A stretch of 64,000 nt of DNA from Chlorokybus atmophyticus. Its lineage: Eukaryota; Plantae; Mesostigma and Chlorokybus algae. The stretch lies in assembly GCA_009103225.1 (NCBI GenBank), contig RHPI01000140.1:150057-214056 (forward strand), in the 5' to 3' direction. Shown piece by piece: positions 52,901 through 64,000 of this stretch (its first letter is position 1; each line of letters starts with the position of its first letter). A program made the translations under genes and the position numbers. The notes under the pieces are model-generated. The model was not told the DNA's origin. It worked only from the letters and a program-made list of their open reading frames with translations, and made no database searches.

Positions 52901-55777
52901 TGATGAGACCGATGATTCCCCCACAGGTGATTCCCCGTTCAACCGCTGGTGGGGTGATGCGTCCGCTGTACCTGTGCTGTGGGCGGAAAAGTCTGCGAGC
53001 GCTTATGAGAAGCTTCAGACGGCATATCCGGATACAAGGTGTGTGAGAATGTACACCCCTGCACACATTCTGACGCGCGCATACACACATGCACACGGCC
53101 ACATGCGCACGCACACATGCGTACAAGTAGGCAAGCGCACATGAACGCGCCCACACACACACGCGCATGCACGCGCATGCATATGCACAGACACGCAACA
53201 ACACTTGAACAACTAACATCCGTGTAATCATACGTGCAGGATGATATTTTTGTCGAAGGAGGCTATGACATCAGTCTACGCATCTGTAGTGAAAGTGCGC
53301 AAACTCACGGCGGAAGCTGTCGGCGAGTCTTGGGTGCTTCCCGCTGATGCCGATGAGTTGGAATCCTCTTTGATGGTGGCAGTGGGTCTGGCCATCAAGG
53401 TGTGCCGAGTGGTTGATGTTGTGCTACAACTGTTAGTTGAGGTTCTCATACTCATGCTCCTGTGTGGCTCAGTTCTGCAAGCGTGTGACGGTGTATGGCG
53501 TGTTCGGCACATGTTCACCCAACAAGTCTGTATGCCGGCCGCGCTACTACCTCGATGAGGAAACTGTCACACACAAGGAGAAGCAAGTGGATAGAGTCAA
53601 CCAGCTCAGCCTCACCGCCATGTCACAGGTGTGTGATTACATCATCTCTGCAACCACTTTAAACCACCTTTCTGTACAGCTGCTGCATGCACCCCAGTCA
53701 CAACACATGAAACTCACTAGTACCTTCAGTAAACAGGCACCCAACACTTGCATGCATGGAAAGCACCAACGTCTAAGTACCTCTTTCACCATCTGCGGCA
53801 GGTTGGTTATGTGCGCGTGCACCGGTTCGAGCCAGACCTTCTCTCGCGTCTGAACATCCCGGACGGCGTGGAGCCGCCAGTGGTGCCCGCCAGCCCAAGC
53901 ATGCCGTGGACGTGCGATTGGCTGGCGTGCCAACCAACATGCTCGCGCAGGGGAAAGGTCAATGACGAGGGCGAGTGCATCTGCGAGGCGCCGTACACCG
54001 GAGTTGACTGCGAGAAAGGCGCGTGAGACTGTAGCAATGGCTGTATTGTTGTGTGATTCAGTTGTGAAGCATAGTTTTGAGCTTGTGTTTGTTGCAGATC
54101 GCGTGCACAGTGAGGCACGTGAGATTATGGATGGGCTGGATCTGGACTACAATGGCGCCGTCACCATGAGTCAGGGCGAGGTCAAGACGTCTCCGAGTGG
54201 TGTGCTCTACATCCCTATTCCACCAGGTACGCATACACATCAGCGTGCACCTGCATGAGAATATAGAAGTATGCGCCAGCATGTGGACACACTTGAGCAT
54301 GCGTGTACGCTCACACGCACGTGCACACACACGCGCGTGCACATAGAAGCATATGTGTGTATGCATGTCCGCGTACATTTGCAATTATACATACGTGCAC
54401 ACAGAGGCACGCATGCGTGTGAGTGCGTGCACACGCTAGTTTGTACTTATGTCAGTTGACATGTATTGCTTACCTGCAGTGGAAGGGGGTGACAGGCCGA
54501 CGCGCTACATCATCACTCCCTCGCAGCTGCGCCATTTGCCGTCGACAGAGTGGCGGCCGGCTTTCAACACGTGCGCCATCGTCGGAAACTCGGGCTCTCT
54601 GCTCTACGAGCAGTACGGCAAAGACATCGACGCGCACGACGCCGTGTTCAGATTCAACCAGGCCCCGACATTAGGATATGAGGTGCATGTTGGCTCGCGG
54701 ACGACTTTTGAGTTTCTCAACAGCGCGTGGGTGCAGCAGTTGTTGGACTCAACACGCCAGCGCGTAAGCCCTTCTGACAGTGCAATTGCATGCGCGCTGC
54801 TTTTGTTGACTGCTCTCCTTACAAATGCTTGCACTTTGTACAGAGCCATGGGCACATTGCGTCCGCGATGCCACAATGGGACTGGAGGCAAAATACAACA
54901 GGTGCGTAGTATCATACCACTAGTTTGATGAACAGAGTATTTTGAGAAAAAGACCACAGTTCTGATCAGAGCAGCAAAGGATGCAATGTACACACAGTTT
55001 GTCCTGCGCTTACTTATGACTCACCCCAGGCCTGATACTGTTTGAGATGTATGATATGGCGGCATGGCCGTACCGCACTCGCGCTCAGATTGAGGCGAAG
55101 GAGGCATGGTGGCGCCGGGCATATGTGCGACTGCGCACTCGCTACTCGAGCCGCCATGTTGTCTCGTTGTCACCGCGGTGCGTGCATGGGTATACTGTTC
55201 ACAATGATGTGATCATTGTAGATGACCAGGATGACAACCACCAACAACGATGAAGATGTTCACAATGACAACTAAGGGTTGGGTGCATGCAGGTTGGTGG
55301 CATGGTCAGTTGGCAAGTACGAAGAGCTTCGTCAGCGGTTTAGGGATCAGGGAATGGGAGAGTTTAGAGGTGAAAAGCCCATGTCGGGCTACTACGCAAC
55401 ACTGTTCTGCATGCAGGTACGAGTTGTACAGTCACGAAAACACACGCACGCCTGTACACACCCACAAACGAAAAAACAAACGCACGAAAACACACACAAG
55501 CGCGCAGGCCTGCGCACACACACACGCACACGCGCGTGAACGCACACGCACATGCACACAACGCACCTGACCATCCTTGTCTGCTCAGGCTTGTCAGCAC
55601 GTTTCTCTCTACGGTTTCAGTCCATACCGGGACCGCGACAAGAGGGACCCCCTGGCAGGGCGGTACCATTACTTTGACCGTGCGAGGCCACGTCCTGGCA
55701 GCCACGCGTTCGACCTCACGCGATTGGCGTTCGAGGCTTTCGAGCGCGGGGGGGACATGGTTGACGTTGTGGATTGA
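49949..55777 (+). CDS. type II membrane GT29 (sialyltransferase-like) protein with IPT/TIG, two GT29 domains and an EGF-like module
   Basis: MWFTRRLCAQ|AFLCCLVCYGASMFLV anchor; IYGIEPRFYPRCGG..TIGGVPCT..LHCVLPRGSG.NLPV (IPT); CAVVGHSGSL..IDGADAVFRF; CSRRGKVNDEGECICEAPYTGVDC (EGF); CAIVGNSGSLL..IDAHDAVFRFNQAP..VGSRTT; PMSGYYA..CQHVSLYGF; YHYFD. The exact 5' exon is less certain. Confidence 0.85.
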
Positions 55778-56740
55778 CAGAAGTGGTAGGATGGGTTGAA
55801 ATGGTAAGATAGAATACTGTTGAGAGAGATGAAACGTTCTGTGGGTTTAGTACAAGTAAGGCATGTAGCAGCGGGGTAGCCAACTTGTCAGTCAGGCTAG
55901 TTGTATATTAATCTAATCAGCTTATCCCAGCTTTCTGCGCAGAATAAGCAATAGATCACAGTTCAGGGGTTGTGTTGCTTGTACTCAGCTGTACTTGATG
56001 TGTGTAGTAGTCAGTGCAGAACCAGTGTGAACAGTTCAACTCGTGCACAGTAGTGGTGCTTGCAGGACACATCCACATGCTGATGTGATTTTGTAGCTGC
56101 TCCAACAAGAACAGATTCACAAATGCGTGTGCTTGACATCTATAGATAATCCGTCATCGCACCAACATACCTCTCGGTTGCATTTCACCAGCAAAGCAAT
56201 ACACCTATCCCATTGCGCAAGCGTGTTTGACAAATTTTCTGGATACAGTTTCTCTGATCATTATATGTTTCAGTTGCACACCATCAGCAGAATATATCCC
56301 ATTATACATTTGGTGGCGTCTGTGCATTTGCTGGCTTGGAGAGGGCACTGTTGACTTATTTCACCAACCACATTGTGACGGTGAAACAATATCAGTGGCT
56401 TTCCCGGGTTGTGGTTGCAAAGATGTTAGCTAAAAGCGTAGCCAACAACAGTGACTACCATTATCAGGTTTCAAGCCAATTTTCCATTGAGTGATTGTAG
56501 ACATGGGGACTGGGTGTTAATACCACAGAGAGCAACATTTTCACAATCAGAAACTCAAACACACAACAATTCTGCGGTATCAGCTTTGATTGAGAAAGAC
56601 CAACTTCATTTCAACAGGGTAGTATTAACCCGCACAACTAACCCTACTTTCCTATCAAGGATTTAGCGTTCAATGCTACAGATCTAGCTGCACAATCTGT
56701 ACAACAAATGAATGTATCACTGTGTCACCGTGTCATCGAT

Positions 56741-57616
56741 CTAAGACAGCCAGAAGCCGAGTGTGGTCTGGCCAGTGATAGCCTCAGTCGCCAGCATGGC
56801 AATGAACCCGAGCATGGCAGTGCGGCCGTTGATGATCTCACGGCCCGGGCGCCAGAAAGACTGCTTCTCGAACTCAGCATCACCAACACCCTTGGACGGA
56901 GGCACCAGGCTGCTGACGATGGTGAGGCCAGCCACCAACAGGAAGGCGTACTTGGAGATGGGGAAGAGGGTCATCTGGGAGGCGATGCTCTTGCCGGTGA
57001 TGGACTCACCAGCCAGGGCGGCGAGGAAGCCAAGCATGGCGGCACGGCCATTGATGCGCTCAAGGAGACCCTCGTAGGTGAGGAGGTCAGTTGACTGAGA
57101 CTGTCCAGGCTTAGGGATCTGCGAACAATAAAATATGAAGCAACATTCTTGTGTTACATAAACAATGCCAAGCACGCTGAATCACTCACCATGTTGCCGG
57201 AGAAGGCGTTGGAGGTCTGTGAGCCAACCTTGCGGATGGTGCTCTCAGCGTCGACATCGCTGGGGTTTGGCACGGGCAATTTGCTGGCGGCGTCAGACAG
57301 CTTGCTCTTGACATCAGCGGCAACCTCCTTGGCGGCGCTCTGGGCCTTGTCCAGGGGGTTGGCCTCGCAACGGGCTGAGCGGCGGAAGGCAGGGGCAGCC
57401 ACAGGCACACGACTCCTGACAGCTGCAAGAGAGTCATGCTATTAGCAACACTCACACCATGGACATCACAGCACCATAGACAATAGACGTTGGCTGCATC
57501 CGACGTGCAAAGTGTGCACACAAGGCCATGTGCTCACCATTGGTGCGCCTGGACAGTGTGGGGCGGGTCAGCTGAGCCACAGGGGCGGAGATAGCAGCCA
57601 TGGTGGTGGACGCCAT
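56741..57616 (-). CDS. ELIP: early light-induced protein (ELIP, LHC superfamily), copy 1
   Basis: Transit peptide ending RCEA; ERINGRAAMLGF and EIINGRTAMLGF chlorophyll-binding helices with a middle hydrophobic helix. Confidence 0.9.
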
Positions 57617-57714
57617 TGTGCTAGGTTGAGATCGACGAAGTGAAGATAACAGGTCCTCCGTGCAGAGGTAGGTGTAAGCGCACAGTGCTGAATTACTTGG
57701 ACGGCAAACTTACA

Positions 57715-58445
57715 TTGCTTATATAGCACGGCCATGGTGGCCACGTAGGTGGTCGGAACCGGCTACGGCGCGGCGTCAAACAGCAGCAACTTTGGAAGAT
57801 TGAGACAGATTGATCGTGACTACCCAATCAGAGCGACGTGGCTACGCTGTGGGCGTCAAGCTCGACCCAAGGGCTCTCATGCAGCCATGCATGCAACTAC
57901 TCTCCTCGCTCATGCACGGCCACGGCTGGATCCCTCACGGAGAGACTATGCAATCCTGCCGTGAAGTGCTCCTTAGTTCAGTGAGTCCTCCCTGCCGTGG
58001 TCGTGCCTTAGCCGCCGCTTCGCCCTAAGGCTTACAGCCTGTAAAGTACACGTGCAGTCGACGACTCTCAACCTGCCACGTCGGCCGCCGGTGGCAAGCG
58101 GATTGGTCAATCGCCTTTCCAGCCTGGCCTGCTGATGTGCTGATCCCTTTCTCTCGAACGAATGCGACGGTTGGCACTTTGAGTCTAGATCGGGCAGGTA
58201 CGCATTGACTGTGTACGGCACTGAATGGAATCGCTGAATCCCTGATGCAGCAGGGTCGGGGTGACGTACCCGTATCTGTCCCACCAGCGGTGAAAGGGAG
58301 GGGCTGAGACAAGGACTCGGGCGCAACTGCGCGGCCATGCTGAGGTGCCATGCGCGCCGCCGCCAGCACCAACAAGGGGCGGCGGCGGAGGCGGAGATGT
58401 TGCCGACGTAGCCTGCCCGGTGCCCAGCTCGTATATATATACCCT
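57715..58445. promoter_or_regulatory. shared divergent promoter of ELIP copies 1 and 2 with TATA boxes and ABRE/G-box/DRE-like motifs
   Basis: TATA-like sequences near 57720 (-) and 58432 (+); ACGTGGC or its complement at 57740, 57836 and 58075; CACGTG at 58049; GCCGAC at 58402. Confidence 0.55.
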
Positions 58446-58545
58446 ACTCTGCACCCAATAGTGTCAACGTAAGCATTCACCGTAGAGCTGTTGTGCATTT
58501 AAGCTGCTAGCCAGCCCTTCCATCTTGCGCCTCTGCATTAGCACA

Positions 58546-59581
58546 ATGGCGTCAACCACCATGGCTGCTTGCGTCTCCGCCCCTGTGGCCCAGCTGGCCC
58601 GCCCCACCCTGGCCAGGCGTACCAACGGTGAGCGTACATGCCGTGTGGACACCATACTGCGTGGTCTGGTGCAATCAATTGTGATTGCATGCGTTCCCTT
58701 GTAACAAACTCCATGCCTATTCCAATAGTCAGGCAGTGTATTGTCAGTAGTTGTAAATGCTGCTGACACCTCTTATCATTGCAGCTGTGAGGAGCCGTGT
58801 GCCTGTGGCTGCCCCCACCTTCCGCCGCTCAGTCCGCTGCGAGGCCAACCCCCTGGACAAGGCCCAGGCTGCCGCCAAGGAGGTTGCTGCTGATGTCCAG
58901 AGCAAGCTGTCTGACGCCGCCAGCAGCCTGCCCGTACCCAATCCCAGCGATGTGGACGCTGAGAGCACCATCCGTCAGGTTGGGTCCCAGACATCCAACG
59001 CCTTCTCTGGTAACATGGTGAGTGGGCGTTGTGTATATGCGGCTGTGCCGCGTGAGAGTCTGCATGTCTGCATTTGGTTGTGCATAGGCTGCAACAGCAT
59101 CACTGATCACATCATTGCCTGCAGATCCCCAAGCCTGGCCAGTCCCAGTCCACTGATCTCCTCACCTACGAGGGTCTCCTTGAGCGTATCAACGGCCGTG
59201 CAGCCATGCTGGGCTTCCTCGCCGCCCTCGCTGGCGAGCAGATCACCGGCACGAAAATCGTCACCCAGATGACCCTCTTCCCCTACTCCAAGTAAGCACG
59301 TTCCCACTCACACATAATTATAGTTGTATCATACCATGCATTACATATCCCCACTCTCCACTCCACACAGGTTGGCATTCTTCCTCATCGCTGGCCTCAC
59401 CATCGCCAGCTCCATCATTCCTCCCTCCAAGGGTGTGGGCGATGCCGAGTTTGAGAAGCAGTCTTTCTGGCGCCCAGGCCGTGAGATCATCAACGGCCGC
59501 ACTGCCATGCTTGGCTTCATCGCCATGCTGGTAACTGAGGCCATCACTGGCCAGACCACACTCAATTTCTGGCTCTCCTAG
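58546..59581 (+). CDS. ELIP: ELIP copy 2
   Basis: Closely similar protein to copy 1; 5 exons; same ERINGRAAM and EIINGRTAM motifs. Confidence 0.9.
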
Positions 59582-60001
59582 ACTGGTGCTGCCCATATGC
59601 ATGTCTGTACTGGTCTGATTCTACCAAATATGTTGCTTGAAGAGTAGGGTTAGGTAAATTTTGATGCATTGTCGTAGTAGTGTAGGGGGATAGTAATCTA
59701 ATAGAGGTGATTGTACCTCTCTGTACATCAAATGAAACTGGATTCGGATTAAACTTGGTGTGTCTGTCACCAGCTATGGGTACTACAGTCTGAGGATTGG
59801 GGTGGGGTGTATGTTGATGAACGACGATTGTTCAATTACCCTTTGCATTGACATTCATCTTATTGAATATCACGTGATGTGTGGGGTGAAGCAACAGAGA
59901 GAAAGAGAGGAAGGTGGAGTGTACGTGTGGCAAACTTGCAGCCAGTATGGACAGGTAGGCATAGGATGTAAAATGTGGAACGGAGAAGAATTGGAAAGCT
60001 T

Positions 60002-60258
60002 AATGCATTGGAAAATCTCCTGCCAGGGTTATACTTGAGCGAAGGAGAAGTTGTGCAGCAAACGGTTTCAACAAATAGAAATAGATGAATGAAAGTACAC
60101 CTTACCCACTACAGCTCTCCCACATATATGAAATATGCTACTACACGATCAGAAAGATGAATCCATGCTCCTTACCCATTACCTTGAATTCTCCACATAT
60201 ATGAGGTAATTTCAGAGAGGGAGAGAGAGAGGGAGAGAGAGAGAGAGGGAGAGAGAGN

Positions 60259-60297
<39 letters not shown>

Positions 60298-60469
60298 AGA
60301 GAGAAAAGGAGCGGGAGAGAGTGATAGACAGGTTGTTTCGCAAATAAGGGACGGAGGATAATTGGAACATGCAATGCATTGCAAATCCTCATGCCAGGAT
60401 TAGACTTTAGCGAAGGGGAAATTGTGCAGCAAATGGTAGTTCACCAGCTAGAAAAAGATGAATGAAAGT
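60002..60469 (+). repeat. diverged direct repeat of about 95 bp (60002-60096 and 60373-60469) around a (GA)n microsatellite
   Basis: aatgcattg..tgccagg..gcgaagg.gaa.ttgtgcagcaaa.gg..agatgaatgaaagt occurs in both; GA run at about 60212-60310. Confidence 0.7.
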
Positions 60470-61657
60470 GCATGATGTTGATGCGTAATGCGGCATGATG
60501 TATGCCTTTCCCAATACACCTTGACACTTTGTGCGTGTATGTGTGTGGGGGAGGGGNGGGGGGGGGGGGTATGCATATGTGCGTGTATGCATATCTATAT
60601 CTGCATAAAATATGCCGGTGTGGGGTGAAGGGGCAGGGGCACTTGGTCTCCCGCGCATTAACCATGTGAAGGGTGGGATATGTACACACATCACAAGTAC
60701 TATGTATCTTGAAGGGTGGATACACATCATGCACATACACATGTGTACTAGTGCAGTGCGTGCATACCACCAATGCGCACATCTACTCCCTTTAAGACAA
60801 CGCAGCATGGTACTCGCCATGACAATAGCGTGCATGTAACTATCCTTAGCACGCATGCATGGCGGTTGATGAATGCCACACTTGCGTAGTGATCTTACCG
60901 TAATGCACTTGTTAATGTCACCGAGACGCCCCCCCTTGGGGTGGAGGTGTGGAATTGTCCCATAGGCCGGTACTTTTGCCCCACATTGCCCTGTGCTAAA
61001 ACTGGCCGATTCATCTCCCCATAAAGCCCGACCTTGCAGGGCGCAGGGCGCCCCGCATTTGGGGTGGGGCAAAAAGTGAGCCAATGCCGCACGGTATGCC
61101 CCCACATTGCCCGACGGCATGAGAATCTACCATGCCGTATGGCAGATTCCAAGTTAGTAAGTAAGTTGGTGAGTAAGGTCCAAATTAGCCCCATACATGC
61201 TCATGTTCCTCAAGTAGCAAACAGCGCAAAGCATCCCATCTCAGTTTTGACATTGTCAAGTCACCCTACATGAACGTGGTGGTTGCTTCGTTCGTGCGCT
61301 ACAACGGCTGACTACATACAGGGGGCGTTTGTTGTTGACATTGCAAAATTGCTGATAATGATGGTCATTGAGGGGTACAACTTATGTGCATTGCTCGCAA
61401 AATTGCACGGGCATCTATGCAAGAGACATTGGTTGTGTTATGGAGTTTGGGACAACAAATACACTCGCAACTAAGGACCAGTGGCTCGCGCGTAGTGGGT
61501 ACACCTACGCATTATATATGCGCGCGACATCGATAAAAATGTAGCGTACTCGACATCGGCAAAAGATATTACATGATGAGCGCATGCGGGGAGCAAGCAA
61601 TTGTCGCGCATGCATGCTGGATGGTAATGCCATAACAATTTTAAAGCTCAACGGTGG

Positions 61658-62149
61658 TGTCACGGACGACCAAATAATAACGCCACAATGACCGCAGAAC
61701 AAACTCGTACTTTTGTGGCCTAGTAGTTTGCATTGGTCATCGAGGCTTGAGACCCAAAAGGTCCTGAGGTCGAAACCGCCTGGCGGCAGTTCAAGACGGA
61801 TTTTTGCGGTCGTTGTTCGATCCAAGGGGTCGCGCGCGCCTGGTTAGGGTAGTAACGCGCGACTTGCCGGACGGCAGTCGCTCATTCCGACGCGTCGCGC
61901 TTGATACCACGCGACTTTGCCTGGTGGCGACTAACAGTCGGTCCCATACGCGCAATGCGCACTGCGACTGCTCAGTGATGATTGCAAAATCGCTTCCACT
62001 GCTCTGTGACGCCATGCCCTATAAAAACTCACATCAAATGAGGACATTTGACACCTAAGTGGGGGGGGAATGTCACGGACGACTAAATAATAACGCCACA
62101 ATGGCCGCAGAGCAAATCTCGTGCTTTTGTGGCCTAGTGGTTTGTTACA
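61658..62149 (+). mobile_element. TRIM (miniature non-autonomous LTR retrotransposon), 492 bp
   Basis: LTRs at 61658-61732 and 62071-62149, both TG..CA; PBS-position TGG at 61734; [13 protein letters not shown] at 62061-62070; GGTGG duplicated at 61653-61657 and 62150-62154. Confidence 0.88.
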
Positions 62150-63207
62150 GGTGGTCTTGTTATTGGGCCGAACATCATGTTCGTATAACACTCATTTTGT
62201 AAGTCATGAATCATGTAACATGACATGATTCTTGACTTATACAATGAGGCCCATGACTTGCAACTGTCAAACACCAACGCTAGCGGCCATTATGAGTTGC
62301 GTAAATTGCATTACATGACGTTGTCAGCGGCGGCAGTGGCGGTCAAGGCATTGTCGTGATTGTACTCTTGTCCACTATCACATCGTCCACTAAGTATGCG
62401 AGAGACGGTGCTGGCGTGGTAGCTGCCACATATTCTCCACCGCTAATGCTTACGTGTCCTGCTGCTGTATGGTCGTGGTCATAGTCGTCAGTCAACATCG
62501 GTAGTGACTCCGCTGCTTGCACTTGATTGCATGAGGCCTTAAGCCAACCCTGTGATGTGTACAGTTATACAATGTGCTTGCTAGCTTAATAAAGTGCATA
62601 TGCATGCGCATGGTTAACGTTGCGCATGTGTGGCACAACTCATGAATCCCCGTTGTGTCCCCATGAAGAGGCCCGGGGGAGGGGGGGGGAGGGGTAAAAA
62701 TCGGGGCACACTTATAGGCTATAAGTTATAGCTGCATCACCTTCGCCGTGGTCCTGCCTTAGCCGCCGCTTCAACTCTTCCTGCACGGCTGGGAAGTAGC
62801 AGACGTCTGAACCTGCCACGTCGATCAATCGCTTTACAGCCTGGCCCTGATGTGTCGAAGCGTCGGTTGGCACTCTGGACGGTGCAAGGCACGGCATGGA
62901 TCGAACGTGAGCCTGTCATTGAATCTGAATCTGTCAATGAATGCAGGGTGACGTACCCGTATCCGCCACAGTGGTGCTAAGGGAGGGGCTGGGAGTGCCT
63001 CAGGCCTGGTGGGCCATGCTTATCTGCGCGCCGCCAGCCCCAACAGGGGCAGCGGCGGCGACGGCTGTTGCCGACGTGGCCTTCCCGCCTTAGCAGTATA
63101 TGAACCCTTTCTCTCGCTTCGCTATGTCGTTCACGCATCCGCTACAACTTCTGTTGCTTGCAAGCTGTAAATCTGCACACGTTATTTTGCGCTCGCAACT
63201 TAGCTCA

Positions 63208-64000
63208 ATGGCATCCACCACCATGACTGCTTGCGTCTCCGCCCCTGTGGCCCAGCTGGCCCGACCCACACTGTCCAGGCGTACCAACGGTGAGCACACA
63301 GCCCTTGTGTTCACGTCAGTGCATTGTCTACTGCAACCCATCGTGACGAATTGTGTTGAGCGATATTGCCATCACTCACAGTTGAAATTGATTGTCATTC
63401 TATTGCAGCTGTGAGGAGCCGTGTGCCTGTGGCCTCCCCCGTCTTCCACCGGTCAGTGCGCTGCGAGGCCAACCCCCTGGATAAGGCCCAGAGTGCCGCT
63501 AAGGATGTTGCCGCTGATGTCCAAAGCAAGCTGTCTGACGCCGCCAGCAACCTGCCCGTGCCCAACCCCAGCGATGTGGACGCTGAGAGCACAATCCGCC
63601 AGGTTGGCTCACAGACATCCAACGCCTTCTCTGGCAATGTGGTGAGTGGTGGCCATTGAGTGGGTGTGCGATGTGTGGGTGTGGGTGTGGGTGTGGGTGT
63701 GGGCTACATTCCTGTGCGCTTGCAATGTGTGTGTAAATTTGCATGCTTACATGTGTACGCGGTGTAGCATGATGCAAGAGCCTCACTGACCATATTACTG
63801 CTTGCAGATCCCCAAGCCTGGCCAGTCCCAATCCACTGACCTCCTCACCTACGAGGGTCTGCTTGAGCGTATCAACGGCCGTGCAGCCATGCTTGGCTTC
63901 CTCGCCGCCCTGGCTGGCGAGCAGATTACTGGCACGAAAATTGTCACTCAGATGACCCTCTTCCCCTTCTCCAAGTAAGCATCTTTACACTGTGTCACCA
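63208..64000 (+). CDS. ELIP: ELIP copy 3 (runs off the window end)
   Basis: MASTTMTACVSAPVAQLARP..RCEANPLDK..ERINGRAAMLGF; same intron positions as copy 2 as far as visible. Confidence 0.88.

Noticed and set aside
60895-61110. Possible Tc1/pogo MITE (TA-CCGT ends; internal ttttgccccac inverted repeat)
   Set aside because: Terminal match is only 4 bp.

Overview
Intron-rich eukaryotic nuclear DNA from a green-lineage organism. A plant-type COX5C, three ELIPs, a plastid omega-3 desaturase, a two-intron H2B and an LRRC45-like gene suggest an early-diverging streptophyte alga; the taxon is inference only. Gene models were built by hand from splice sites and reading-frame phase, with no database search. 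Left to right: SSRP1 (-), two hypothetical genes, an Mx/DRP4-like dynamin GTPase (+), a KRE6/SKN1-type GH16 fused to a Cys-rich motif, two CBM4-like modules and a GPI-like tail (-), LRRC45-like (+), about 8 kb of decayed transposon DNA including a Ty3/gypsy pol remnant, H2B (+), FAD7-type desaturase (-), histidine phosphatase (+), ML-domain protein (+), universal stress protein (+), COX5C with an apparent presequence (-), a two-domain GT29 protein with IPT and EGF-like modules (+), and three ELIP paralogues. A 492-bp TRIM with a perfect 5-bp target-site duplication lies between ELIP copies 2 and 3. Strongest leads: (1) very short LTR elements with a tRNA-type Pol III A-box in the LTR and a B-box just past the primer-binding site; (2) the GH16-CBM4x2-GPI architecture; (3) the tandem GT29 protein; (4) the Mx-like GTPase. 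Three N-gaps bordered by poly-G/C and one probable gap-fill artefact limit interpretation.
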